64,000 nucleotides of DNA from the NCBI RefSeq assembly GCF_006345805.1, contig NC_043026.1:7006001-7070000 (forward strand). The letters run 5' to 3'. The notes under the pieces were generated by a model that saw only the letters and a list, made by a program, of their open reading frames with translations, did not search any database and had not been told where the DNA came from. This document shows, in pieces, positions 13,141-25,530 of this stretch (position 1 is its first letter; every line of letters starts with the position of its first letter). Position numbers and translations under genes: made by a program. The stretch comes from Octopus sinensis (Eukaryota).

Positions 13141-14000
13141 ACAGTAGGCTCACTGTATTCTGAATCACAGCCGAGTCAGAGAGGCAGCAGAGCCAGGCTA
13201 TTAATCTCAGATACCAACGGCGCCATCCAAAGTGTTTCATAAACATTCTATATCCAGCCTCCAACTTACTGCTGCAGCACCAGGATGAAATATGGTGAAG
13301 AAATATACTTCCACTGATGAGACTTGATAAGGAAAACATGCTCACTATTATCTCCCTTGGTTGTTCGGTCCCTTGTAATAATTTGTAATAATTGCCCCTT
13401 GCTTCCTTCTGGACCCTCGGTTTTGGGTCCAGTCCAACTGCATGGCCTTTTGGGCAAGTGTCTTCTACTATAGCCCTAGGCCAACAAAAGCCTAGTGTTC
13501 CAGCATGGCCACAGTTTAAAGATTAAAACAAGTAAAAAAATAAAGGGATGTGTGTGTGTGTATACAGAGAACAGTATGATAATCTATATCATGTGGTAAG
13601 AAGCTTACTTCCCAACCACATAGTTCCAGGTTCAGTCCCACTGCGTGGCACCTCAGGCAAGTGCCTTCTCTAGCCTCGGGCCCTAGGTTTGGTTATCAAT
13701 TGCCACTGTGTTGGACAACTATTCTGTCATAGAGACATCAAGGAGGCAACCTCGTATTTGTTTATAAGAAAACTGCTTGAGACACCGAAATTGTTTACTA
13801 ACACCAATAGAATAGTATAAAACAGAATACTGGATGTGACTTTGACCTGAGAATGTACCTTAAGAATGTAAAACTATAAAACAAAGCTATGTAGACCTAA
13901 TATGCCCACCTACGACCAAAACGACCGATGACCAGTCAGTCGGAACCAATTGTGGCTGGTAGTAAATCAATGACAATCTGTATGTATGTATGTATGTGTG

Positions 14001-14400
14001 AGTGGCTGTGTGGTAAGTAGCTTGCTAACCAACCACATGGTTCCGGGTTCAGTCCCACTGCGTGGCATCTTGGGCAAGTGTCTTCTGCTATAGCCCCGGG
14101 CCGACCAATGCCTTGTGAGTGGATTTGGTAGACGGAAACTGAAAGAAGCCTGTCATATATATGTATATATATATATGTATATATATATATGCGTGTGTGT
14201 GTGTTTGTCCCCCTAGCATTGCTTGACAACCGATGCTGGTGTGTTTACGTCACCGTCACTTAGCGGTTCGGCAAAAAGAGACCGATAGAATAAGTACTGG
14301 GTTTACAAAGAATAAGTCCCGGGGTCGATTTGCTCGACTAAAGGCAGTGCTCCAGCATGGCCGCAGTCAAATGACTGAAACAAGTAAAAGAGTAAGAGTA
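14001..14400 (+). mobile_element. SINE family A, near full length, low divergence
   Basis: tRNA-like head, internal (TA)n(TG)n, tail gactgaaacaagtaaaagagtaagag; CpGs retained. Confidence 0.9.
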
Positions 14401-14600
14401 ATATATATATATATATAATTGAAATTTACAGAAAAACAAAAAGACAAAGACAGGTGTATGAACCACAGGCAGGTGTATTAGTCTGAGACTCAGGAAAGTG
14501 AGAAGGTCGTTGATGTTTCGAGCATGTGCTCTTCAACAGAAAGGAATATGAGGAAATAAACAGAGAGAAAATAAAACTTGTGGATTTTGCAGTCAAGCAT
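14401..14600 (-). mobile_element. Penelope-like terminal fragment with degenerate hammerhead (14508-14543)
   Basis: cttt ctgttga a gagc acat gctc gaaac at c aacg; homologous to 36078-36238; ends in (TA)n. Confidence 0.55.
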
Positions 14601-14994
14601 GATGGGCGTTTTTCAGTTTCCATCGACCAAACTCCCTCACAAAGCTTTGGTCGGTCCAAGGATAGAGAAGAGAACACTTACCCAAGGTGCCAAGCAGTAG
14701 GGACTGAACACAGAGCCATGTGGTTGGGAAGCTAGCTTCTTACCACACAGCCACACCTTATTTTTAGTCATGCATTTGTGTTTGTGCAAATGTGGCAATG
14801 TGCATGAATATATGGTATAGTGTGATCGTTACCAGCATCACCTTACTGGCACTCGGATGTTAAACGATGATGATGATGTGTGTGTGTGTATGTATGAATG
14901 CTTTTGTGTGTATTCATGTAAACGTGTGTGTGAGAGAGAGGCGTAAGATAAGCCATGCCTCACCAACTGACACATTACAGATTCATCAGTTTGA

Positions 14995-15290
14995 CCTCTT
15001 ATCAAAGTAGTTCCAGCCATGCCCAACACATCTTTTATTCACGCATAGTATATCTAGGACTGCATTGTCCAATGTGTCCTTCCTTGTTCTTGTCATTGCT
15101 GTTTAGCCCCAGATTAACCCTTATAAGATGGACATAAATTCAAAAGTGTTCCAGTTATGACCATCCCAGCAAAAAGTATGTTAGCAACATGGTCTATTCC
15201 TGACTTAAGGGGATGCAATAGGGATGCAATTGGAAGGAATTTAGCTGTTATTTCTAGCAAGCCAAGTGGCCACATAGATTCTCTTCTATT
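14995..15290 (-). mobile_element. Composite element linking the 107-bp-type unit (5') to the ~125-bp-type unit (3')
   Basis: Minus strand reads gctagaaataacagctaaattcc... then ggatggtcataactggaac...ggggctaaacagcaa, then a further unit. Confidence 0.6.
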
Positions 15291-15584
15291 CTAGTTTCCA
15301 AATATTGCTGTTGGCAGAAGACCATGTGGAAGAAAATTCTTTAACAGCTGCCTCCATGGGGTGCCTCAGTCTGCTAGGCTGCCACTTTAGACCGCATTGT
15401 GTGCTAAGATTCTGCAATTAGCAACCAACAAATTCCTCACAGCATCAAATTGTCCCACACAGTGCCACAATGGTCAGTGCAGATGCCAGGGGATGGGGGT
15501 GTCATGCAAGACACTTGCTAAAGGGCCTTACAGGTTGAGATTGTAACCTGAAACAGCGTAATTAAGATACAGCCATCCTGGTCA

Positions 15585-15860
15585 TGTGACCGGAGACCAC
15601 ATGTGAACTGGTATTCTCACTGAAACACTAAAGGTGAACGCCACACCTCAACAATAAACGATGGCTGTGGCCTCTGTGCCATCCGATGCACTTGCTCTCC
15701 CAGTGCGACATCTGTCAATCTCACAAGCTGGACTTTTGGGCCACTGGCACAAGCATTACTTTGCCTGCTCTGGGTCGTTAGGGCTGACTGGCGATCGAAT
15801 GTGGTGAACTCATTGGTCAAAACCAGCTCAACCCATCTGAGGTGAAGGTCACCACAAGTA
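15585..15860 (+). repeat. Unclassified old interspersed repeat
   Basis: Aligns by eye to the reverse complement of 51300-51590. Confidence 0.6.
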
Positions 15861-16008
15861 ATAAATATATATAACTGGGTAAAAACAATTTAGATTCAGA
15901 TGAATATGGTACTTAAATTGAGGCACCAGAATTTAGTACAGTATTATCCATACAGTTTCAAAATCAGGTGATAAAAATCAAAATAAGCAACAAGGATATC
16001 CAGAGGTA

Positions 16009-16096
16009 ATGCAGTACAATCGTTTCACGCAACTCCATTTAATTGAACGATGCAACCATTACATCAATTTAAATGCAGAGCAATCCTCAGCTGCAT
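16009..16096 (-). ncRNA. PLE-type hammerhead ribozyme with long stem II (in remnant ~15870-16210)
   Basis: atgcag CTGAGGA [hairpin insert] GAAAC gatt GT A ctgcat; 6-bp stem I. Confidence 0.7.
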
Positions 16097-16289
16097 AAAG
16101 ACATAGAATTAAATTAAATTAAAACAGTTGGACACATTAGTATAATTTAACCTAAAATCTCCAAGAAGTTAAGGAGACAGATAAAGATCATGCTGTCTTC
16201 ACTTCAGCTTAGAAGCTATATATATATATATATATAAAGCTATATATATATACATATATATATAAAAATTTTATTTTGTAATGGCACGT

Positions 16290-16525
16290 AAAAACACCAT
16301 CCGTTCGTGGCCGTTTGCCAGCTCTGTCTGGCACCTGTGCAGGTGGCATGTAAAAAGCACCCACTACACTCACGGAGTGGTTGGCGTTAGGAAGGGCATC
16401 CAGCCGTAGAAACACTGCCAAATCTGACTGGGCCTGATGAAGCCTTCTGGCTTCACAGACCCCAGTTAAACTGTCCACCCCATGCTAGCATGGAAAATGG
16501 ACGCTAAATGACGATGATGATGATG
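16290..16525 (+). mobile_element. Family C copy
   Basis: gtggttggcgttaggaagggcatccagccgtagaaac...(gat)n. Confidence 0.8.
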
Positions 16526-16578
16526 AGATAAAAAAAATGAAGGCTGTGTAGATTTTAGAACATTTATAGATAGATAGG

Positions 16579-16624
16579 TCTTACAGCTGTTTCCAGGATA
16601 TTTATTATATCCCTTCATCGGAGA
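16579..16624 (-). ncRNA. Minimal PLE-type hammerhead ribozyme
   Basis: tct CCGATGA agggatat aataa atatcctg GAAAC agct GT A aga; palindromic stem III ACAGCTGT. Confidence 0.72.
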
Positions 16625-16904
16625 TGGTGTGAGAGAATGGTTAAGAAATAGTTAATTTAGATAAGAGATATAAAATAGAGAGTGAGGTGGAGGAAATAAA
16701 AGAAAATAGATGAGAGATATGTAGGGATATTGCATTTGTAGATCCATTTTTTTATGCAGAATGGTATACATGTAAGATTCCAATATCTTATGAGTAAAAT
16801 CCAATAGTATTTAAAATTGGTCGTTCCAAGTATAGAGTTTATACACTGTGTTATTGAATCAAGGGTTTTACTTAAAGTGACCTAAAAATATATAATGATA
16901 ATAA

Positions 16905-17115
16905 TAATCCTTTCTACTGAAGGCACAGAGCCTGAAATTTGGTGGGAGGGGACCAGTTGATTACAATGACCCCAGTATTTCACTGGTACTTAATTTATCC
17001 ACTCCGAAAGGATGAAAGGCAAAGTTGACCTTGGCGGAATTTGAACTCAGAACGTAGCGACAGGCAAAATACTAAGCATTTTGTCCAGCATGCTGACGAT
17101 TCTGCCAGCTCACAG
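16905..17115 (-). mobile_element. SINE family B, short tail
   Basis: Core, head and aataataatcctttc tail. Confidence 0.8.
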
Positions 17116-17196
17116 CCTTATATCAATAATAATAATTATTACAAAGTAGCATTAGCATTACGTTTAATTCCTTTTTATAAATATACAACCTCAAAC

Positions 17197-17284
17197 AGAC
17201 CTACACGTGTTTCTATTCTGCATTGCTTACTAACCATTGTAATTGCAAATTTACTATAATACTGGTGCAGTTACTTCAGGGTCT
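17197..17284 (-). ncRNA. PLE-type hammerhead with long stem II and a core variant
   Basis: agacc CTGAAGT [ctgca...tgcag insert] GAAAC acgt GT A ggtct. Confidence 0.62.
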
Positions 17285-18049
17285 CCACTTTAATATCCTT
17301 CGATTTACACACACAAAATGGGTCCCCACAGGTTTTGTCTACCAATTCCACCGACAAGGTTTTGGTCAGCCTGGGGTTATATTAGAAGACACTTGCCCAA
17401 GGTGTCACACAGTGGGACTGAACTCGGAACCATGTGGTTGGAAAACAAACTTAACTACCCTAGGCATGTCTGCTCTTTTGATCATAGTCCTGCTCAATCA
17501 GGACTGACCACGGGCTAAATAACCACAACAAAATGCTCTCATGAAACAGAGCAAGCAAACGATGTGGTGGTGGTGGTGACACTAGAAACCTGAATGACCA
17601 GCAAGAAATAGCAGCTAAAATCTCTCGTAAACTACAACCCAGGCCCTAAGATGCCACACAGCAGGAGTGAACTCACACCTCATGGCACTGAAACAAACTT
17701 CTTAACCACGCAGCCAGGCTTTCATCCACATGTGAGTGTGAGTGTGTATACACACACACACATGCAAAGTCACATCTTAATTACACCAATGTTTACACAG
17801 TGGTGATAGAGGGGGGTGTACAAGTATGTTGGTGAAAGAGTATATGTATATATGCATATGTGTGTGTATATGTATATATGCATATGTGTGTGTATATATA
17901 TATGTATATACAAACACACACTTATTCAACTAATTTGTTTAAGTACATCAAAAGGAGTTTTTATGTGGCGGCCACCCCCAAATGTGGCTGTTCGTTCTCA
18001 GTCAGCAATTAATTCACAACTAACGAGCAGGAAGTAGGAGGGAAAGATT

Positions 18050-18430
18050 AATAGGAGGAGAAGTAGGGAGAGGGGGAGAGATATGGAAAGATAGAGAATG
18101 AGAGAGATGCAAGGATGGAGAGAGATGGAGAAAGAGAGAGACGGATAAGGAGAAAGGAATGGAGAAAGAGAGACGGATAAGTAGAAAGAGAAATAAATGA
18201 AGAGAGAGAGAGAGATGTGGATAGAGAAAGAGAGAAATAAATAGAGAGAAAAATGGAGAGAGAAATATGTGGATAGAGAGAGAGAGAGAAAAAGAGAGAG
18301 AGAGAGAGAAATGGAGAGAGAGAGATAAAGAGAACTGAGAGAAAGGAAAAAGGTAGAGAAGAGATGGGTGAGGGCAGGATAAATGGATGAAGAGAGAGAA
18401 AGAGAGAGAAAACGAATGGAAGAGCTGAAA
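18050..18430. repeat. Polypurine tract
   Basis: Directly visible. Confidence 0.85.
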
Positions 18431-18524
18431 GTGGTGGGAGTGAGAAGTGGGTCAAAGAAACCAGACAAACTTTCAGGCAAAGGAGAATACAGGTTCACAG
18501 AAGAAGAAGAAGAAGAATTTCTAC

Positions 18525-18729
18525 TGGAAGAACAAGGCCTGAAATTTGTGGGGTGGGAGTTAATTGATTACATCGACCCCAGTACTTGACTGGTACTTAA
18601 TTTATCGATCCCCGGAAAGGATGGAAGGCAAAGTCAACCTCAGCAGAATTGAAACTCAGAATGTGCTGACAGCCGTAATACCCCTAAGCATTTTGCCCCG
18701 TGTGATGACAATTCTGCCAACTCACTGCC
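18525..18729 (-). mobile_element. SINE family B
   Basis: Core and head. Confidence 0.75.
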
Positions 18730-18733
18730 TTAA

Positions 18734-18955
18734 CCCTTTAGCAATTAAACTGGCCATATCCGGCCAAAAGTATTCTGCCTATTCTATGCTCAAACTGGCC
18801 AGATCTGGTCTTTCACACCAACCCTACAATGTCGTTTTAAAAATTAACAGGTACCTCATCAAAATCTCATAGCACCAAGATTAATGCATGATTAGTTCAA
18901 GGCAATGTGGATAAAAAAGGATTAATTTGGGCAGAATAATGTGAACACTAAAGGG
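18734..18955 (+). mobile_element. TTAA-flanked MITE (piggyBac-like), family 1
   Basis: ttaa|ccctttagca ... ctaaaggg|ttaa. Confidence 0.8.
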
Positions 18956-19149
18956 TTAAATAATAATAGCAACAATAATAACAATCCTTTCTACTCTAGG
19001 CACGGGGCCTGAAATTTTTCGGGAGGGATCTAGTCAATTACACAGAGGCCTCTACTCTCCACCCTTAGTACTTGACTGCTTCTTATTTTATCAACACTGA
19101 AAGGACGAAAGGTAAAATTGACCTTGGAGACAAATGGTGCCAAGACCTT

Positions 19150-19478
19150 TAATTCAACACAATTTAGGAAAATAACTGCCATTATTATTAATCTGGAGTT
19201 TGGAACAAATTAACACAGAATTCTGATGGAAGGTTTTTCAATTGAGGCCACTTCAACCTTTGGCTATCATACTTCTGTTGAAATACACAGCCTTTGTTTT
19301 TTAATTAATTTTGAAAATAACAAAGAATTTAGTAAATTAAAATTGTCATTGTTAATCTGGTGTTTGGAACATGAATCAGCATGAGATTTTAATGGAAGGT
19401 TTTAATTAAAACCTCTTTGAAAAGAAAGCTTGCTTCAAAGAATGAGGAATGATCTTAGGCTGGTATCAAAAGGGTTAA
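19150..19478. mobile_element. TTAA-type MITE family 2 with internal duplication
   Basis: End ggtatcaaaagggttaa; aatctggt/agtttggaac block occurs twice; homologous to 55718-55924. Confidence 0.55.
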
Positions 19479-19699
19479 ACCTGAATGGCAAAAGACATGT
19501 GTCAGACAAAACTTGAGATCTTTAACAAAGCCTCATTGAAACCTCACTTATTCGACATCACCAAAATTGCATTCTAAAGACTAGGAGTTATCTTCAAGTC
19601 CAGGATATTCAAGAACTTGAGATCGGTTGGTGGACATCTCCAATGCTGAAGAACCCCGTTAGTGTATCGGCCACATTTCTTGGACATTTCTGCCACTGT

Positions 19700-20348
19700 T
19701 ACACACGGACCGGCACACTGTCGGTTCCAACAATGAGGATTCCAGTGGATACGATCAACGGAACAGCTTCCTCATGAAATTAAGGTGCAAGTGGCTGAGT
19801 ACTTCAAAGACACGTATACCCTTAATGCAGTTCTTAAGGGAGACTCAGAATAACACAGACTGTGACAAGGCTGGGCCCTTTGAAATGCAAGTACTACTTG
19901 TCTTTACTAGTTGAGGGGACTGGGGCAGCATGAAGTAACTGGTACGTCATCAGTTACAACAAGAAGTGTTCCAGCCTGCTCATCAAATTAACATGCATGT
20001 GGCCTAGTATTCCACAGACACACGTACCCATAACATAGTTCTCAAGGCATTCCATCAGTCATGGCGATGAGGGTTCCAGTTGATCCAATCAGTGGAACAG
20101 CCTGCTCATGAAATTAACATGTAAGTAGCTGAGTACTCCACAGACATGTGTACCCTTAACATAGTTCTCAGTATGTGGCAAGGCTGGCACCTTGTTAATT
20201 ACAGGTCCAACTCATTGTTGCCAGCTGAGTGGAGTAACGTGAAATGAAGTGTCTTGCTCAAGGACACAATGCACTGCCAGGAATTGAACACAGGACCATG
20301 CAATTGTGAGCCGAACACCCCTAACCCTAACGACTAAGCCATGTGCCC
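19700..20348 (-). mobile_element. Cluster of three SINE family E copies (one with head)
   Basis: gaacagcctgctcatgaaattaac...gtacccttaac repeated three times; tRNA-like head near 20290-20348; related head at ~38050-38210. Confidence 0.7.
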
Positions 20349-20376
20349 TCACTACACACACACAGACATCCTTGAT

Positions 20377-20672
20377 CAGTGGTTTCCAAACATTTTTGGG
20401 TTGCTGCCCCCGTGACACCCAGGTCACATTCCTAGCGCCCCCACTCCAACTAACCATCACAAATGCAGACCTCTTTCTGAAGCAAATTCAAAGCAACTGC
20501 ATTTCACAATTAAAACTTAACTGAATCAGCCCTTTATTTTGTTGTTTTTACATCAATCGCACACCCTTTTTGGCTACCTCACTATCACCCCAATTTTCTT
20601 CAACGCTCCCTTGGAACTTTCCACTGCCCCCAAGCGGTGGTGGGGGGTTACCACCCACTTTGCAAACCACTG
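20377..20672. mobile_element. hAT-like MITE
   Basis: TIR cagtggtttccaaa / tttgcaaaccactg; homologous to 41818-42118. Confidence 0.8.
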
Positions 20673-20859
20673 TCCTAGGCCATAGCAAATACCCCAGGCT
20701 TTCCTCTTTATAGATGAAAGCATTTGATAACTGTGGGCAATGACTTGGGGACCCTCCATAGAACTTAAGCAAAACCTCAAACAACAGAACTACCCACACC
20801 TGGACACTGGAGCTCATGTCACAAACAAAATAGGACTGCTTAGATACACTTAGACAATG

Positions 20860-21332
20860 GCACTTAAGTGATTACATTAGATAAGGTAATCAAAGACATG
20901 ATATTTCAATACAAGGTGGGATGGTCAAAGCTGGAGCATCTTTGATCATAAAGCTGTTGGATCAGGGCTGACCTGGAGTTAAATAACAACGAAGGAAGGA
21001 CATTTAAGATAATGTAGTCCAAGATAAATTTTGGATAAAAGACAGGATGGTCGTGGCCGGGACACCTGTGATCATAGCTCTGTGAGGTCAGGACTGACCT
21101 GGGGCTAAACAACATCAATATCAAGGAGTGACACATTAGATAATGTAATCCTAGATAGACTATGCCTAAATAAAAGATGAGAGGTTTGCAGATGGAATAT
21201 ACTGGATCAGGTCTCACCTGGGGGTAAACAACAACGACAGCAACAAGACATTAAAGACAGGATGGTCATGGCCGGAACAGCTGTGATCATAGCTCTGTCA
21301 GGTCAGGACTGACCTGTGGCTAAACAACAACA
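20860..21332 (+). repeat. Degenerate tandem array of ~125-bp unit (about 4)
   Basis: acattagataatgt...ggatggtc...tgacctggggctaaacaac repeated. Confidence 0.8.
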
Positions 21333-21739
21333 AAATCTCTTGACATCCCTTTTGTCTCCCATCCTCCTCCCCCATCTTCCTTCTGCATCACCCTCCCCAC
21401 CCCCAGGCCACCCCACCCCCACCTGTTGCCAGTCTTTACCCTAACCCTCCCCACCCGCCACTGCTAGTGTTGACCAAAATATGACTCAGGGCCTGGGGGC
21501 TTCCCCACCGACCCCTTTCCTCTGGATAGGGGTGGGAGTGTTGGGTGGGAGGGGGGCATGATGTAGCTCCAACTGCCTGCCTTCTCCTCCTCCCCTCCCA
21601 CTCACGAACTACCCCCCCCCCGACTGTTTTGCCACACCCAAACCACCACCCCTGGACACCACTCCCTGCTACTGCCAATACACACAGAATCAAGTCAGTC
21701 ACTCTGCCAAAAGGTGAAGCTGGCAAAATGCCACAAAGA

Positions 21740-22150
21740 TGGAGGCGGTGGTTGCGGAGGTGGGGGGTGGGGGGTTAGCTGTAGTAGTGATTGTGAGGAT
21801 GGTGGGTGGTGGTGGTGGAGGCAGCGGTAGTGGTGGATATGGTGGCGGTAGAGGAGATGGTGGTGATGGAGATAGTGATTGTGTTGGTGGTGGTGTTGGT
21901 GGAGATGGTGATGGTGGAGATGGTGGTGGCAGTGGAGATAATGGTGATGGTGGTGATGCAGATGGTGGTCGTGGTGGTGGTGGCGGCAGTGGAGATGCAG
22001 ATGGTGGTGGTGACTGTGTTGGTGGTAGCTATACTAATGATGGTGGCCGCAAAGGTGGTAGTGGTTGTTGGTGAGTACTTGTGAGGGTGGTGGTGGTAAT
22101 GGTGATGCTAGTTGAGGTGGTAGTGGTGATGGTGGTGGTGGCAGAGAATT
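21740..22150. repeat. Degenerate (GGT/GAT) trinucleotide repeat
   Basis: Directly visible; gives Gly- or Val-rich pseudo-ORFs. Confidence 0.85.
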
Positions 22151-22669
22151 AGTAAAACGATGGCAAAGGTGTTGGCAACGATGGTAGCCATAGCCATAGT
22201 GATGAAGACAGTCATCACGGCCAGGTGTGTGGCAGGAGGAGGAGGAGGAGGAGTCAGACAGGTGAGCAAAGGAAGAGGTGTGGGTGGGTGGGAGAGCTAC
22301 TTTTATTTCACCGGAATTCGAATGAATACAACAAAAATTCCTTTTCTGTTTTCCTTTGTTCTTGTTGTTGTTAGTAGCCAGACTGGCTTCTGGTCAATAA
22401 TTCCGACGTGGGAAGATGACTGCTGTTGGGTCTCACAACCACAATGGGTTTTAGTTTTAAATTTTGGCAGAATCGGTAGAGCATCAGGCAAAAACTACCT
22501 TGTGCGGGCATTCAGTTGTGGCCCTTTACGGTCTGGTTTCAAATCACACCAACATCGATTCCTTCTTTAATCTTGCAAGGGCTCAGAATATAACCAATTA
22601 AGAAGTGGGAAGGGGCCAGTGGCATCAACTGACCTTGGCCAAAATTTCTGGCATTGGACCTATCATCAT

Positions 22670-23110
22670 CATCATCATCATCATCGTTCTTGTTTAACAT
22701 CCTCCTTCTATGCTGGCATGGGTCGGTCAGATTGATAGGAGCTGGCCAGGCAAAAGCATGCACCATGCTTCTATGTCTGTTCTGGCAGGGTTTTTACGGC
22801 TGGATGCCCTTCCGAACACCAAGCACCCTCCAGAGTGGGCTTAGTGCTTTTAACGTGCCACAAGCACAGGTGGGGTCAGTTTGGGCCAGGTTTTACAATT
22901 GGATGCCCTTCCAAACACCAACCACTTTACAGTGTGGACTGGGTGCTTTTTAGTGGCACCTACACTGGCAGGGTCACCAAGTAACCTGCAGGACAAATAT
23001 CCTTTGAGTAAGGAGGGGATCTTGTGTCAGATGATGAATGGTTAGAGTGTGACCGAGAGAGAGAGAAACAGGTGTCTTGTTGTAGAGGAGACACATGGTT
23101 GCCTGGCTAG
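22670..23110 (-). mobile_element. Family C copy with internal duplication
   Basis: (atc)n tail; ggatgcccttcc.aacacc occurs twice. Confidence 0.7.
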
Positions 23111-23439
23111 AGAGAGAGAGAAAGAAAGAGAGAGAATTAACAAGATATGATAATAATCCTTTCTCATAAAGGCACAAGGCTTGAAATTTTGTGGGAGACA
23201 GTTGTTCTGAAAGTATTGTTGTCAAAATAAGAATGACACAGATAAAGTTTAGGAAGCTGAGACCTCTACTAGTAGCAAAGGAATACTCTGTTTCCAAGAG
23301 GCAGATAAATTGAATGATGCTTGTGAATGAGGTACAATGTCACATGGTAGCAGAATATGGTCATTGAATGTCAAATAGGTGTGAAGGTTGATGGTCATTG
23401 AATGTGAAGTAGGTGTGAAGGTTGATGGTCATTGAATGT

Positions 23440-23730
23440 GAAGTAGGTGTGAAAGGTGGAAAGGAAAGAGGGGAACATGCTGCACTGGATGTGTAATGTT
23501 GGTGTGCATGAGTAATGCAATACAAATAAGCAGAGAAATTGACTAACTCCGTATAAGAGGAAACAGCTGTGGAGTGCAAGACTTGAAACTGCGTTTGTAT
23601 GGACACGTAATGCGTATGGATGGTGACAGATGGGTACAGAAGTATCAGAGGAGGTCTAGGTGGAAGGGACTCACAGCAGGGGAAGTAAAGCAGGAGCTTC
23701 TGGTTAAGGCTGTTCTCAGGAGGGTGAATC
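23440..23730 (+). mobile_element. RTE-clade LINE ORF C-terminal remnant
   Basis: Encodes LRLYGHVMRM, like the RTE RLRWxGHVxRM motif. Confidence 0.7.
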
Positions 23731-23878
23731 TCAAGAAGAAAAACAAAAATGCAATAAACAGCAAGACACCATACTGGAAAAACTCATCCAAGTCTCATAA
23801 ACAAAAAATAATACGTAAACAATGATGACAGCAATGACATGAGGACAACAGTGATAATGTATGGGGCTGGTACATGTA

Positions 23879-23937
<59 letters not shown>

Positions 23938-23944
23938 TCTGTGA

Positions 23945-24180
23945 GGGCGGCAAGATGGCAAAATCGTTAGCACACCAGGTGAAATGCTTAGTGGTATTTT
24001 GTCTGCCATTACATTCAGAGTTCAAACTCTACTGAGATCGACTTTGCCTTTCATCCTTTCGGGGTCAATTAAATAAGTACCAGTTATGCACTGGGGTCGA
24101 TATAATTGACTTAATCCCTTTGTCTGTCCTTGTTTGTCCCCTCTATGTTTAGCCCCCTGTGGGCAATAAAGAAATAAATA
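23945..24180 (+). mobile_element. SINE family B, long tail
   Basis: ggcggcaagatggcaaaatcgttagc head to tagcccc.tgtggg...aaagaaat tail. Confidence 0.85.
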
Positions 24181-24859
24181 TATAATCCAGTAGCTCTGTG
24201 TCGGCAAGACTTGAAAAAATATAGAAAAAAGTGAAAAAGAAGCAGTGAATTTGTCATGAGGAGTGGAATATTAGGGGTCAGAGAAAAAGAAGAAAAAGAG
24301 AAAAAAGTCAAACAGGGTTTACATCCTCTCAGTTGCAGTCAATTTTTCAAGCTGAGAGGATGTAAACCAACTTTCTTCTTTTTCTCTGACCCCTGACAAA
24401 GGATTGAACCTGAAACGTTGGATATCCCACATGGCATGTTCACTGTACCCCTTTCACTTTTATATACAGAACAAGAGAGAGAGAGCAAAGAATTTTGGTG
24501 TAGGGGGGTGGGCAGCTTGGCTATGTAGCAGAAATGCAATTAGCCAATGATTGATCTATTGGAAATGAGGGGTCAATAACACAATCCTGAATAAACTGTT
24601 ATAAATTAAACAAAAAAAAAACTCTATAAGGGACACAATGTTTAGGCAACAATTTTAGCTCGAGATTGCTCGCTTGCTTGCTCGCTTGCTAACAAGCTGA
24701 CTAGTAGCCTGGCAGGCTGTCTGAGAGGTCAATACTTTATCAAGTAAGCTTGTTCAGCATTGAACAGCCGATCAATTAAAAGAAAAATCAATCATCAATG
24801 TTAGTGTTAGGAGATGAAATCACTTCCAACCTAGGTACTCTGGCTTTTGTGACTGTCTG

Positions 24860-25530
24860 AGGTAGTTTAACCATAGGACAGGTGGGTAGATGGATGGGTG
24901 GATGGGCAGCTGGCCAGACAGGCTGGTGGGTGGAAGGACAGCTGGCAGGACAGGCTGGTGGACAGGGGATAGGCAGGTGGTTGGACAGACTGACAAACGA
25001 CTGGCAGGACAAGCAGGTAGATGGACGGGCGGATGGCTGGCCAGACAGACTTGTGGATGGAAGGACAAATGGCGCGGCAGGCAGATGAATGGACAGCTAC
25101 CAGGACAGACAGATAGCTGGCAGGACAGGCCCGTGGACAGGGGACAGACTGACAAATGACTAGCAGGACAAGCAGGTAGGTGGATGGACACCTGGCAGGA
25201 CAGGCAGGTGGATGGATGGACACCTGGCAGGACAGGCAGGTGGATGGATGGACACCTGGCAGGACAGGCAGGTGAATGGATGAATAGCTGGCTGACAGGA
25301 CAGGCAGGTGAAGGGACGGATGGATGGCTGAGAGGAAAGGCAGCACAGGTAGGTGGACAAATAAATGGATGGCTGAACAAGCAGGTTGATGGATAGCTGG
25401 ATGGACAAGAAGGAAGATAGAGAGGTAACAGGTGGGAAGGCAGCTGAATCGACCAACAAGCAGCCAGACAGACAGACAGAAAGCCAGCTGGATGGGCGAG
25501 GCCAGATAAGCAAGCAGGTAGACAGCCATC
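24860..25530. repeat. Degenerate ~32-bp GGACAGGCAGGTGGAT minisatellite
   Basis: ggacacctggcaggacaggcaggtggatggat in tandem near 25187-25270, decaying outward. Confidence 0.75.

Noticed and set aside
13308-13345. ctgatgag...gaaaac as a hammerhead
   Set aside because: Stem II does not close next to GAAA and there is no stem I or III pairing; at most a very decayed relic.
13150-13345. Possible host exon in unique sequence
   Set aside because: Splice-like sites exist, but no frame gives a recognisable peptide and there are no partner exons.
20318-20332. ccctaaccctaac telomeric repeat
   Set aside because: Only two units, lying in a mutated SINE head.
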